From assembly GCA_965235115.1 (NCBI GenBank), contig OZ249442.1, positions 18,910,001 to 18,974,000 on the forward strand: a stretch of DNA of 64,000 nucleotides. Direction: 5' to 3'. The notes beneath the pieces were generated by a model. That model worked only from the letters and a program-made list of their open reading frames with translations. It ran no database searches and was not told where the DNA came from. Position 1 is the first letter of the stretch. Each line of letters starts with the position of its first letter. Positions 15,101 through 27,500 of the stretch are shown here, piece after piece. A program made the position numbers and the translations under genes. The DNA is from Laetmonice hystrix. Lineage: Eukaryota.

Positions 15101-18100
15101 ATTCATCTTGGCGTTTCCATTTGGCTAGCAAGACTAGCTCCCCGAGATTGTTATAATTTCATATTCAGATTGATTGATGCAAGACGCCGGACCGAGGGGA
15201 GGAGCCCGCTTGGACCGGTAGTCTTTCTGTCCATCTCTCTCATGCCTATTGACAGTTTGAGATTGTTTCGTATCGGCGTAATTTCATTTTTCCCGGCGCA
15301 GCCCGCACTGTCGGCCGTGCCAGGTGGCGAGGCAAGGGTTGTGGGGGTGGATGTAAGGGGTGACGGCCGCCCAACTTAAGGAGAGAGGGTGGTAGCCATT
15401 TAGTAGTGGTCCTGATCAAGATCTTGGGGGTCCTGGTAACAGTGTGGGGTTAGGGACTGCACCCCCACACACCGCCTCGCAGGCACTGATTGAGGCCGTG
15501 GGTTACAATCTTCCAGTGCTCATGTTTATAGCCTTGTTGCTCCCAGTATCGATTCTCATAAGTGCGATTCCCCCTTTCATAAATTTCTGTGCAGTGGTTT
15601 GATTACTGAGGTCATTACGGGATGAAACCCGGCCGCGGAGGGGCCGGCAGCAGTGACCCGCGTGTGCCGCTAGCCTGCCCGCCACCCCTACCCCTCCCCC
15701 TGCCTGCGCTGGCATGACAAAGTTGACAGACCAATGGAGGATGGTGTCGGTATGTTAATTAGGTCAGCGTGCAGCTATTTGCTTACATGCTTAGCGGCAT
15801 TTGCAGTCGAGTTGGGCCACCGCTTGGGTGAGGAGGTGGAGCGCTCAGTCGTGTGGAGTACGAAGCACTAGTCACAGGATAGGATAGCCAAGGAAGCGGT
15901 GGCTGTAGCAGCAGTGGCCGGAGTGACGAACCACGGCAAGGCGCTGTCACTGCCAATGCCGCTGCTCCCTCCACACCCATGGAGTTGAAGGTTCATAACC
16001 TACACACATTGTTACACACGCCGGTGTCATCATTACAACAGACACAAAAAGAGGAGTACCTTACACTTACACGTTCCCCAGCGCCCGGACTTAACTGCTG
16101 TACATTGTGACGCCTGGATACTGTAGGATCCTTACGCGTGGACTTACCCACTCATCATTGGGCCGCCAGGACTAAAAGCCGTGGACGGAGGTAAGTCGGG
16201 GCAAGTGAGTGAGAGAGGAGGGGGTATTGTCAGTAACGCACCTCACCGACAGTGCTATATGCCCTGCCAGTGGTCCCAGTCACGATTTGACAGCCTCACC
16301 AGTTGCTGCATGTGCTCGTCACTGACAACTGACACAACTCTGGAGAACGGCAAGCTTAGCCGTTATTACTTCACAATATCCTCACACAGTTGGGCCGATC
16401 TTTTACTCGCATGCAGGCCGTGACTTGAGTGGAAATTTTTAAACGACGCTCCCACTGTTTTGAAGACGTTGTCATGAGGCCGGATGGGACTTAAGATGTG
16501 GTCGGCAATGACGTATACCTTCCCCTAGAAGTATTTATGGCTATCAGAAGATGTCAAACCCCACCACAATCGGTGTATGGGTTTAGGGTATGCTTTAGAT
16601 GTGTTGGGGTTGGAGGCTGGGGCTGGCTGGATGGACACTTGAGGCTTCATCTAATAAAGCTTCCCCGGCCCCATAAATGCCACATGGATCAGTCGGGGCC
16701 AGACATAGAGAAACACGGCCGTTCACTTTGAGCCCCTTCCCTCACCGGGAACAAGTCAAGTTGCCAACGACAATGTTTACTGTAACGTGAAACAAAGACT
16801 CTCCAACAATGATTTAGGACATGGTTTTCAAGAGGGACCTTCCACAGATCAGGAGTCCAGACAACATGTCTGTTGGCTTGGAGTCGCTCTCGTGAGCAGC
16901 GATGGGGCGGGAATAAAGTTTTCCAGTTGATCGGTAGACGGCGGTTTAACCGGGTCTCTGACATACAACCAGTTTATCCGGTGATTTCTCCCCAATTGTT
17001 TAGCCCCCCTTCTCCTTGCCACTGTCCAGGGAGTTTGGTTCGGATTGGTTTGCGTGCTACAACTGCTCTTCTTGAAGACAGAATGTTGGGCAGGTCACCG
17101 ACTGAACACGATCCAAGTCAGAGGTGGCTTATCACACACAAAGCAGCCGCATGCAAATAGCAGGGAACGCCACACACAGGTGCCGCCTTGCGACCAATGT
17201 GGCGTTCAGGGACTTTACGCTAAGGGCAGAGGATTCAAAAACATACGTGTATATGTAGCTAACCCCCGTCTCCTCTCCCCACCCCACCCCCACCCCCACC
17301 GACCCACCCTAACCCCATCACCTCGGATCTGTCAGTGCCGACGACCCATTCAGAGATCTTTGTGTCGTAGAGGTGGAGTTATCCTGCTGCTCCACCGACC
17401 GACAGGCCACCCGGAGACATGAGCGGCGTGATGAGCTTCCCCGCCTCCCGCCACCTCCCCTCCCCGGGCCTGACGGCACCGCCGGCCCGCCTGCCGGCCG
17501 ACCCGCCACCATGGGCTTACCGCTACTCACTTCCTCACCCCGTTACTCACCCAACTCCTAACATTTCAGGGCGACTTCTGACAATGACAGGTTTAGTGAA
17601 TCGGTGAGAACGGGTAGGAGGTACTTGAAGCAGCCTGATAGATTCCGGGCCTGAGCTAGGTCAGTGTGAGCTGATGGTGAGACGGACAGGGAGGAGTAGA
17701 GACCTGTCTGCAGTAGTTCAGGGGCTACGGTTCCTACCTGTCACACTCCACACCTTTTAGCCCGTCAGTGGGAAGCGTGATAGGCATGCTTCCAGCATCT
17801 ACCAACAAACCTGTTGTAGATGAAGACCAGGCGTGTCATCGACTCGATCACTCGGTGACAGACTCAAGTCTTTTACCGCATTCTCTTGGATCCAGACGTG
17901 GGCTAGAACTCTATTGTGTTTCGTATACCAGCGGTTCTGGTTCTGGTTCTGTGAAAAATGTTGGATTAGGAACTAAGAAGTGATTCAAACACGACCTCTA
18001 TCTTGTAAATCAGCGCCTTAACCGAAATAATGTCAGTCGTGGGGGCTCCAAGGCGTGTGACGTCATGAACCTGTGCGTAGAAATAAGATACTTGTAGCAG

Positions 18101-18623
18101 GACTCCCCTGACTTGAGTGAAATCAAGCAAGATGCCTGCTTATCTCCGAACTATGAAGTTCTTAAAATAGAGAGGAAGTAAATTGAGGAGATTGTCAGGT
18201 TGTGGTAGAGAAGATGTATTCTCCATATAGAAGTCGATAAATCACACTCCGAGAAAGGCTCAGACCCAATGGCAGATTTTAACACAAGACACATGTTCTT
18301 TATTTTTATCTCCTTCCTCAACCTGCGTCTTTCTAAACGTGTCTCACATGCAGGACCCACATGCAAGGCTGCAGATTGGTGGTATTAATCGGGAGGGCCC
18401 CTCCAGGGCAGGCGGGAGGGTGTAGGTACAGTATTAGGGGTTGTATAGTAATGGGGTAGCGTAGGCCTCAGCAGAGCCAGTCGCCACCAGCTGTACCGTA
18501 CTTCATCAGTAACTTCAGCCTGACCAGTTCCCGACCCTAACCTTCCTGCCCGATCAGTTCCCCAACAACTTCACATCACATCATCAGGACATACCGGCCC
18601 CAGTCTACATAGCCAGCCACCCT

Positions 18624-18637
18624 GTTACCATAGCAAC
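18624..18637. promoter_or_regulatory. RFX X-box motif
   Basis: GTTACCATAGCAAC fits GTTRCCATRGCAAC. Confidence 0.55.
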
Positions 18638-19146
18638 GACTTTCTCAGATCACCCTTTTGTTTATCTTCTCCCCCATTTACAACAGTTGTGTCAGCTGTG
18701 GTCAGGAGGGGTTTAGTTATTCGTCGAGATGCCAGTAGGAGTCTGTCCATGGTCTTGAGGTCGATGTAAACACCAGCATGGCCGAAGCAACCTGATATGT
18801 TGACATGGATAGTAACAAAGATTTCTTTGTCTTTATGGCATACTGGGACCGGTTGCCTCATTTATTCACAGAAAGAGACTGGACTGCGGGTTGGGGCCCA
18901 AATTTAGGCTAGCCACATCCTGATTCATTGAAATCTCCTTGTGGGATTTCATTGCTATATTACCAGTGTATTGATGGATAAACTGACTCCTGCCTGAGAC
19001 GAGTGAAACTTTTATCGCTTCCATGCAGACTCTGGTAGATTAAAAGATGTTGGGTCATGCTGGGGCTACCATTAGATGACAACCCCAGGAGAAAACCAGC
19101 GCCCAGCCACGTCCTGAATCACTGCTCTATGTACACTGAGGACGAC

Positions 19147-19460
19147 GGCCTGTGTTGGGTTAGGTCTGTGTTGGGTTAGGCCTGTGTTGGGTTAGGCCTG
19201 TGTTGGGTTAGGCCTGTGTTGGGTTAGGCCTGTGTTGGGTTAGTTAGGTCTGTGTTGGGTTAGGCCTGTGTTGGGTTAGGTCTGTGTTGGGTTAGTTAGG
19301 TCTGTGTTGGGTTAGGCCTGTGTTGGGTTAGGTCTGTGTTGGGTTAGGTCTGTGTTGGGTTAGGCCTGTGTTGGGTTAGGCCTGTGTTGGGTTAGGCCTG
19401 TGTTGGGTTAGGCCTGTGTTGGGTTAGGCCTGTGTTGGGTTAGGCCTGTGTTGGGTTAGG
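19147..19460. repeat. 16-bp minisatellite, 19 copies (GG[C/T]CTGTGTTGGGTTA)
   Basis: Copies counted directly. The only variants are C/T at unit position 3 and two extra GTTA insertions (19243-19246, 19295-19298). Confidence 0.97.
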
Positions 19461-20525
19461 TGGGCCGACAACATGGCAGATTAAGATTAGCTCGGAATAC
19501 CTGAGAGAATCACGGTATAATACTAATATTGTCAGCTATTGTCCGGGCGAGCGTAGGGCCGGGGGTTGAGGACTGGTGATCGGATGTGGCCTGGTCGGTG
19601 GTAACCTAAGCTGGGTGAGACAATCAATTAGATGTGTTTGTTAAGGCTGGCAATCAGTGTGACCGGGCCAGGATGACATGCAGGCACTGACCAGACCTAA
19701 GTAGTGTAGGGGTGGGGGTTAGGAGGTATTGAGCCGTGGGCAGGGTACGATACCAGCACCCCCCTCCCTCCGTTAACCCCGACCAGGCTTGTCATTGCCA
19801 CCCAGACATTGTTTAGATCACCCAAGCAATCAGATAAAGTCGACAAAAACTCGGAGTTTGGATGTGGTAAAATTAATGCCACCAAAACCGCCTTCACTGG
19901 CTTGGTGCACGTAGAGTTCAGTGGGAGTTTATTTTTTATCGGGCGGTTGACTCAGCAGAGACGGTTGCGGCTTATCGCAGGGATTAGGCTCATCGCGAGC
20001 TGTTATCATCAGCGGCATTATTTCATAACTCATAACCTGGTGTGGGGATTATGAGGAAGGGGGTGGTGGGTTGGCCGGGCGGCAGGGGGGATTAGACGGG
20101 TGGTCATTGTCACTGTGTGGTGAGTTAACCCGTGCCCCGGCTGGTACTGCTGGCGTGTAAACAGGCCTAACCTTGCTCAGCATCCGTCCCGGAGGAATAA
20201 CTAGAGGACTCAAGGAAACAGCCTCCATGTTACCCTACTGGAGCCTGTGTTTTGGTGGCTTCTCCAACTGTTCGGGTAACTAGAGGCAGAGGCTGGTAGT
20301 AATCACTAGTCATCAAGCAGTCAGGGGCCGCATGGCGGGGTGGGCCAGGGCGGGAGTTTAGGGTGGGGCGCGCAGGGGAGTCGTGAAACAGGATCTGGCA
20401 TACAGGCTAGCTGCCCGGCCATGCCCAGCTTAATGGCAAATGCCGCGCTTCCCCCATATCGCACGCCAGCGGCATGGCACCGCCAGCCGGTCAGCCACGG
20501 CTAATGAACTCGGTAATGTGCCGCC

Positions 20526-20544
20526 CGGCCTGTAGGGGGCAGCA
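20526..20544 (+). promoter_or_regulatory. CTCF-type motif (forward)
   Basis: CGGCCTGTAGGGGGCAGCA versus the core CCNSYAGRKGGCRS. Confidence 0.5.
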
Positions 20545-21090
20545 GTGAGTGGGGGGCCGTGTGTATCTGGCGCCTAGGGTCGGCGAGGCTTTGAAGAGAA
20601 CGCAGGCTGGCGTGCTCACTGGCCTTGATCATACCAACAGTTGCACTGAATGGGAAGAGATAGGCCTCTTACCTGGCGCACTCACAACGCAATTCCTTTA
20701 CTTCAGTGTATACGTTGACACCTTGACAGAACACGACCAAGTCCCCAGCTTTTCAGCCGTCCATTCACTACCAAGTCATCAGTCACTGCTTGTCAAATAG
20801 AAACCTATACTAACTTGTCTGTGTAGCTACACGAGCAATTTATACTGGCAAAATGGGGGGGGGGGGGCGTTGAGGAGGACCGGTAAAAAACCCTGTAACA
20901 TTTGGGGTTGAATACCTAATGACTATCTAGAGATCTTTGATATTTAGTATACATTACACTGTTGGAGAATTGACGGGCTACACGGAATCCAAGTTAACAT
21001 CAGGAGAGTTTTCTTTTGATGAGTATGGAACCGTTGTGGCCACAGGGCGGTCGGTCCTGCTCCCAGCTCGATGGTCATGTTCTGGCCCAC

Positions 21091-21109
21091 TGGCGCCCCC
21101 TGGAGGTCG
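21091..21109 (-). promoter_or_regulatory. CTCF-type motif (reverse)
   Basis: The minus strand reads CGACCTCCAGGGGGCGCCA, close to the canonical TGGCCACCAGGGGGCGCTA. Confidence 0.55.
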
Positions 21110-22489
21110 GTGTGGCAGAAAGCAAGTGGTGGGTGACTCGGCGGCCCTGATAGACAGTTAGGCCCGCCTAATCTGCGCTCCGTGGCCTGACCCTGCCCCG
21201 TGTCGGCCATGGCCTACTCCAGCCTGCTGAAATGAGGCTGACCCCAGCAGATCCCAGTCTGACCCCGAGAGGCAGTCTCGGCGGCCCTTACAAGTTTCAC
21301 TCTCTCTCCCCCAGTCGGCAGCGTCGGCTCGGCTCCCTGTCGGCCTGATTGCAGATGGCCAACTCTCGAGTGCTCCAAGTGCCTGAGCTACAGAGTCAGG
21401 GGGCTAGCCTCCCCGGGGTCTGCCGATATCTTGGAATGGGGTCGGCCCCGATTGCTCATTACCCAAACAAGTTCGAGCTAAGAATAGTCATATTTACCCC
21501 GTGTGCCAGGCAACAGTCACTAGGGCAAAGTGGCCGCTCACCCCACCCCCTTTCCCGGGGTGTTGCCTACCTGTTTTTTCCGCACTTTATTCATTTCTTT
21601 CTTTCATGGGACCCAGCTGAACCACACAAATGTTGGGAAAACCAGGATTGATATTTAAATATAAGATGCTGACTGGTTGCATTCAGTAGCGACTTTTTCT
21701 AGCAGTCATTTGGTGCATATAACAGCAGTCTCTAATTAGTGACATTTAGAAGGGCCAGTGAACTTTGCGAAAGGACTGGTAGCTGGATGTTACTGGTCGG
21801 TGATTTTTTTCCTCGTCAGATATTATTGATTCCAGTGGAAGAAACTTTAGTGATGATTGTGAGTCAGAGTTCTAATCAGCCCGCCCCCCTAATTGCAGCT
21901 GGATTGACTTGTTAGTATTGGAACTGGGCATCATGAGACGCAATGTAGTTTAATACTTGTCTGCCCCAATATTGGCTCGCAATTAAAACCCAAACCAAGT
22001 TAGCGTTCGCTGTGCACGGCAGATTCCAATGCTATTGATTAGTGTCAGGGTGGAATTATACCCATTTCTGGTGGGTTGATTACACTGGTTGTGTTTTGCA
22101 AGTACCAATGTCGTGCGGTCAGTAATAACGTTTGCCACTTTCTCTCGCAGCCTGTGGTGGACGTCCTCCAGTGGGATGCAGCGATTTATTAAATACTTTG
22201 TTGCTCTCTCCTGGGGTGACCTTCATTTAGCTCCCAGTAACGGGTGATATGACCGAGAACTTGTAATAGTCCCCCTCTGTGATTGTGACGAATAGTAGAT
22301 TCGATTGTGCGCCGACTGCTGCTTGCTCCTGCTAAAGACCCTTCGACCAATGGGCGCGCAGGTTTCATTAGTGCTGAATGCAATTGTCATGGAAAGTTTG
22401 ACCGACAATTAATCAGTTTTTGGTGTGCTCCGTCTCGATGTGGCGGTCATTCGGCGGGGCGATGGGCAGCGAGTCGGTGAACAATTAAC

Positions 22490-22551
22490 CCAAATATGGC
22501 CTGTCCATAACGCTTGCCGCGAAAACGATCGCTGACGTCAGTAGGGATAAG
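22490..22551. promoter_or_regulatory. Compact CArG + E2F + CRE + GATA motif cluster
   Basis: CCAAATATGG (22490-22499), GCCGCGAAA (22516-22524), TGACGTCA (22533-22540) and GATAAG (22546-22551), in a locally CpG-rich stretch. Confidence 0.4.
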
Positions 22552-24447
22552 TCGATGAGAGAAAGCGCGAGTTGCGAGATGAATGCGTAATTTAGCAGAT
22601 TAATAATTCATACAAGTTGTGGGGATAGGTTGTTGATGCGCTCAGTTAGCCTCACACTTGGCCGCTGGATGTCGTGCGCAAGAACTGCATTTGTCAAACT
22701 GGGCCTGTGTTTGCACAGGAAAATGAGCATTAGAAGTATTTCACCACCCTGAATGGCCGAAGGAGAAGGTAAATGATTTAATTTCATCCTGGCCAAAAGC
22801 AGCTCAGACAGGGCTCGCACATTTGAATGCACGACAGTCTCAGGAGTGGAGGGTCTAATTGAAAAAACAGACAATACGCTTCAATCTTCTCCATATGTAC
22901 TTTGGCATAAAGTCTGAAACCTGCTTGGTAATATGGTTACAGCAAACTGCACTGACCTGACAGTGAACAAACTTCGTAAGCTGCCACCCTTGTTGCAATC
23001 ATCGCTTCCAATAAAATCTGATCAGTCGATTTCTGTGCCATGTTCGTTAGCAGGCATCGAAGGGAGACAGGACAGGAATTTGTGAGATGCATTGGTGGCT
23101 GAGCACTCGACTGTATTCGCCTCCCTAGAGCAGGGCCTCCTGCCCCCTTTTAATAATTATGCGTTGTCTGAGAAGCTCAGCTTGATTATTTGGGGTGCCT
23201 GTCTTTTCATTCAGACCGTTTCAATAGAATTTGAATGTAAATTGTTTTCTTTAGTTTGCCTGTAGAGGGGGGCTTATTAGCATAAGGTCAACGCTGGTGA
23301 CCTGCAGTGGACCTGATCGGTTGAACACACATACACCCGAGACAACTCTGTTAAATAAGGCTGCTGAGATGAATACCACCTCTCAGCAGCAACTTGATGG
23401 CTGCCTTGCCCAGTTGGGGCAAATTGGGGTCGAGGCCAAGTGGGCTTCTCCCACAGCAGAGGCGCAAAACGTTCCACTGTTTGCCTGTGATTAAGATAAT
23501 GACAGTCCCCGACGCTTTTTTGTTTGACAATAGTTGCTTCGCTCTGCCATAGGCTGGCGGTTTTTGGTGGGCTGCGATGAGTGGCGGGCTCCAGTGACAG
23601 TGTCACGGAGCTCGTCATAGGATCAGGAGCCAGGCCGCCCAACTTGTTGCTTTGTTGTGTGTGCGAGGAGCAGTAGTTGATAGAGGCGTCGTTGATTCCT
23701 GTACATGAGAGGGAGCATCAGCCAGCTGTTGTAAACGGACGGTAACTGGTGTTCCCCAACCAACACCCCCACCTCCCCTGGCACCTGGCGCGTTTATGAC
23801 CGGGGCACTACTCTCCAACCAGCGCCTCTTAATGAGTCGTGTGAATACGGTGACATCATCAGATTGCCGGACTCGTCAGATCTAAGGCTGCCGCCACTAA
23901 TCGAAGAGGTGCACTGCCGCCGCTGCCGATGCCAGCCCTGCCCTCACCTCATCGCCAAGACAAATGCTGCTTGTTGGCCTGCCGGCACGCACACGGAGAT
24001 TACCACGCCTAACTAAGCCTTGTCGCCGCCGCTACCACTCGGCAGTTCGAGCCGGGCACGGTCCGCGTGCTCTGAGTCCAGCTCACCGACGGATATTACC
24101 CCAACAAGGGAGGAGGAGAGCGGGCGGCCGTACGTACGTCCGCTGGACCATGACGTGTTGGGAGTACCGTGGAGGGCGGCGGAGATCAGAATAAGTTCCA
24201 GCTGAGAGCTGGGAGGCACTGTTGTCAAATGACCGACAGGAGGCAGAGTGATCCTCCGCAAGGTATGTGTCTACTAGAAGTCAGTCCCTCGTGACTGAGC
24301 ACCGCCGCAGTCTTCTGCTTCATGGCTGGCTTGGCAAGAAAGCACCGCTCTGTCGCCAATCACCTGTAGTTCTCGGTCCCGTCCAAGTTTCAGCTCTGGG
24401 GTTTTGGGTGCGTAACTGGTATGTTGATCAGACAATGGGGGAGGGTT

Positions 24448-24510
<63 letters not shown>
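24448..24510. repeat. Perfect (AGC)21 / CAG-CTG trinucleotide microsatellite
   Basis: 63 nt of uninterrupted AGC units. Confidence 0.98.
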
Positions 24511-24511
<1 letters not shown>

Positions 24512-27500
24512 GTCACAGCCCTACCGCATGGCGAACGTCATTGGAGGCAGAGCATAGTCTGTTATTGTATAGGTCAGCGAGTGTCGGTCAAAGAGGCCGC
24601 CGCATGCAGTCTGCAGGCCGTGTGAGTGTCTGTGCTGTCCACATGGCCAGGCCAGACAGCAGCAGTGGCCCATGGCTGTGGGGTGGTGGTGGTGGTTGGG
24701 TTTGCCCGTCCTGTTGGAGGAGCACGTGTCCCGGGGAGTGAGTGACGGAGGGACCGCCCCCCCCCCACACACACACACACCACACCTTGGGTTCAGAGGA
24801 TTGTTGTCGGGCCCGGGCTCACCCCCCCCCAACCCGTGCTCACACACCCAACCCACCTGTGTGCCCATGTTTAGTTATGTACCACCCAGCGGGATTATTG
24901 ACATGGGTGTCAAAATCACACGATGTCTTTTCATCTGTTTGAACCTCAAACAAATCTTCCCTCCATACTTGGCGATTTACCCGCAAACTACTAGTAGAAA
25001 TGTTAGGATAAGAGACTGGCAATCATCACTCATGCATTTTTGGAACCCTTTTTATTGCAAAGGTGACACGGTGATATGGCGTTATTATTAGGCTTGTGCA
25101 AGACTACAACAAAGATTATATCTGTGCAGTGATACCTGCTAAGTTAACGCCTGTCGACCATACAATGTCAGTGCAAGAAGACAGCATACCTGCCATATTT
25201 GTTTGATCGCTGCATCATCAATCGATGAGCACAGCTCCGTCCTCATGGGGAGCTTGAGGGGAATAGGGAGTGGGTATTGTACCGGGTGGTGGACGGTGGC
25301 ACGGGGGGGGGGGGGGCTCACGCCGCGGTGGGGGGTTGGGTTGGGAAGGCACCCCCCACCTCCCACCCCTACCTCAGCGTGGCCCTGCGGCTCGACTGAG
25401 GAGGCCATGTCCCAGGCTCGGGTGTTACGGCCGACCATGGCGCAGGGTTATACAACCTTGCCTAAGCCATGTCCAGAGTATTGACCGCAGGAGGACCGTG
25501 GTGGGTGTGGGGGTGGGGGAGTGCGTGTGTGGGTGCGTCTGGCATGGACCCAATCAATACTAGCCCTAAGGTCTGGCTCCCTTCAGTTCCCTATCGGCAG
25601 GTGTGCATGCTGCTACATGCTGTACGTTCACCGCCACTGTTAGTGTCCAGTGTAAGGGTGATGGTTGCGATCCGAGGGTGTGGGCCCCAACCCCCGTCAC
25701 TGGAGGTCATCAATTAGTGATCGGGCGGTCCTGATGGTTGACACGGTCCTCCATGGTGGCTGAGGCCCAGGTGAGGCCAGCGCCAAGCCAACCACCAACC
25801 GCTCATACAAGTGGTGTCTGTTTTATGAATATTTGAGTAGCATGTTTCAGTTACACTCCGCAGTCTGTGTGAAGGTGTGAAATATAGATGAGCGTGTGAC
25901 ACAGCCATCAATAGTTGTCATCGACGGCTTCTGTTGGGGTACCGCTCATACTGGATGCAAAGATAAAAACCAGTTTCATGTTTGTTTGTGTATGTATATG
26001 GGGAGTGGGGCGGTTGAGCATCATCATTTTGTTTCTCCTAATTCTCAATAGATCTAGTATTGCACGTGGGGTTGAGATTATTGCGTTGAACGAGATGATT
26101 TGGCCGTGCCGTGCCAAGCCGAGGTCATGTTTATCACCTGCAGCATCAGACTAGGAGCAGCCAAGGCATGAGTGCGGCTCACGCAGGGCTGTAGATGGTA
26201 TCCCATGTCATATCTACAGATTCCACCTGTCTGAGCGTCCACCCCCTCCCCCTCCCCACCACCCCTACCCCGGCTCCCAGCTATCAACACTTGGCCAAGA
26301 CTCAACACAAGATTTCAGCCCCTGGGTCCGGGTTTATCATACCCTTAGCCAATGACAGTAATTGTGCCGCTATTGTTCAGCCACAAAAGGCAAGCGGAGT
26401 CCACAACTGGGTTAATGGCATGGTAGGATGGACACCAATTTGGCGGTACCGGTTGCTGGGGTGGAGTGACACAGGGACCGCGACACCCAGGCCCGGCAGG
26501 GGAATGTGTCTGCCGAGACAAGGGGCTGGCACCACACGGCCCAGGGTGGCAGATAATGAGGGATGTAATAGTAGAGACGGTCAAGATGGACTTGGCCAGT
26601 TTTAGATAACAGACTAGTGCAGGTAAATGTCCAGGTGTGTGGATTTGACTGACAAGATGTTTTCGGTATCTGGTTACCAGCCTTAGAAACCAGCTAACAA
26701 TAATCCTGTCAAAGTTATGGCCCAGGTGGAGTGGTGATAGATTGTGGCGCCCTGTGGTTGTGTAACGACCCGTGTTTGACGCATTGAAACAATCAAAATA
26801 CTACCTTCAACCAGTCTTTATTGGGCTATTTTTTATTTACTTCTTTTACATATATACTCCTCTCAAATTTCTGGGAAAACTTTACTGACACTAAAACATG
26901 GTATTGTGAGGAAACAGGAGACACCTGTTTAATACACCAATATCTGTTCTCCTTGGTCAGTACTGAGGTGTCAGCTCTGGGTTTTATCATCAAACCTTGC
27001 GAAGGTTGAGAAATGTTATCCAGTGGTGAAAGTTGGCCGAGCTGGGAGTATTATCCGAGTTATGTTTGAGCTGTCGTCAGTAGGGCACTGAGGTACCGGA
27101 TGATGTCGGGATAATTATCTCCGACAGACAACCACTCTGGACTGAGACTATAATTGAGAGGACACATTTATTGTTATACTTGCCTTCTGACACACACTGA
27201 CCAGGAACAGAGTATCTAGTTAATTACATGACTCATTCCAGTCATACGACTTAATTCTCTGGGAACCGTCCTTGAGCTACAGGAATAAGAAAAAAAGGAG
27301 GAAAATGAAGTCTATGTCGTCATAATTAGAAATGGCGCCGCTTACTGCATTAAAAGTATGAATAAACTAGCCAACGTTAAGAGGGACACGACATGTGAAA
27401 GAACCTTTTATAACTCAAAATACACACTCCTGTTTACTGTCTCTAGGCACGTGAGCAGGGTCCTGTCAGGTACAGAGATGACCCCCAGTATCTTTGAAAA

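Noticed and set aside
16141-16197. Inverted pair GACTTACC / GGTAAGTC as back-to-back splice donors
   Set aside because: An 8-bp inverted match of a common motif is expected by chance, and there is no supporting exon or promoter evidence.
24274-24741. Poly-Ala / poly-Ser ORFs
   Set aside because: These are artefacts of the (AGC)21 microsatellite.
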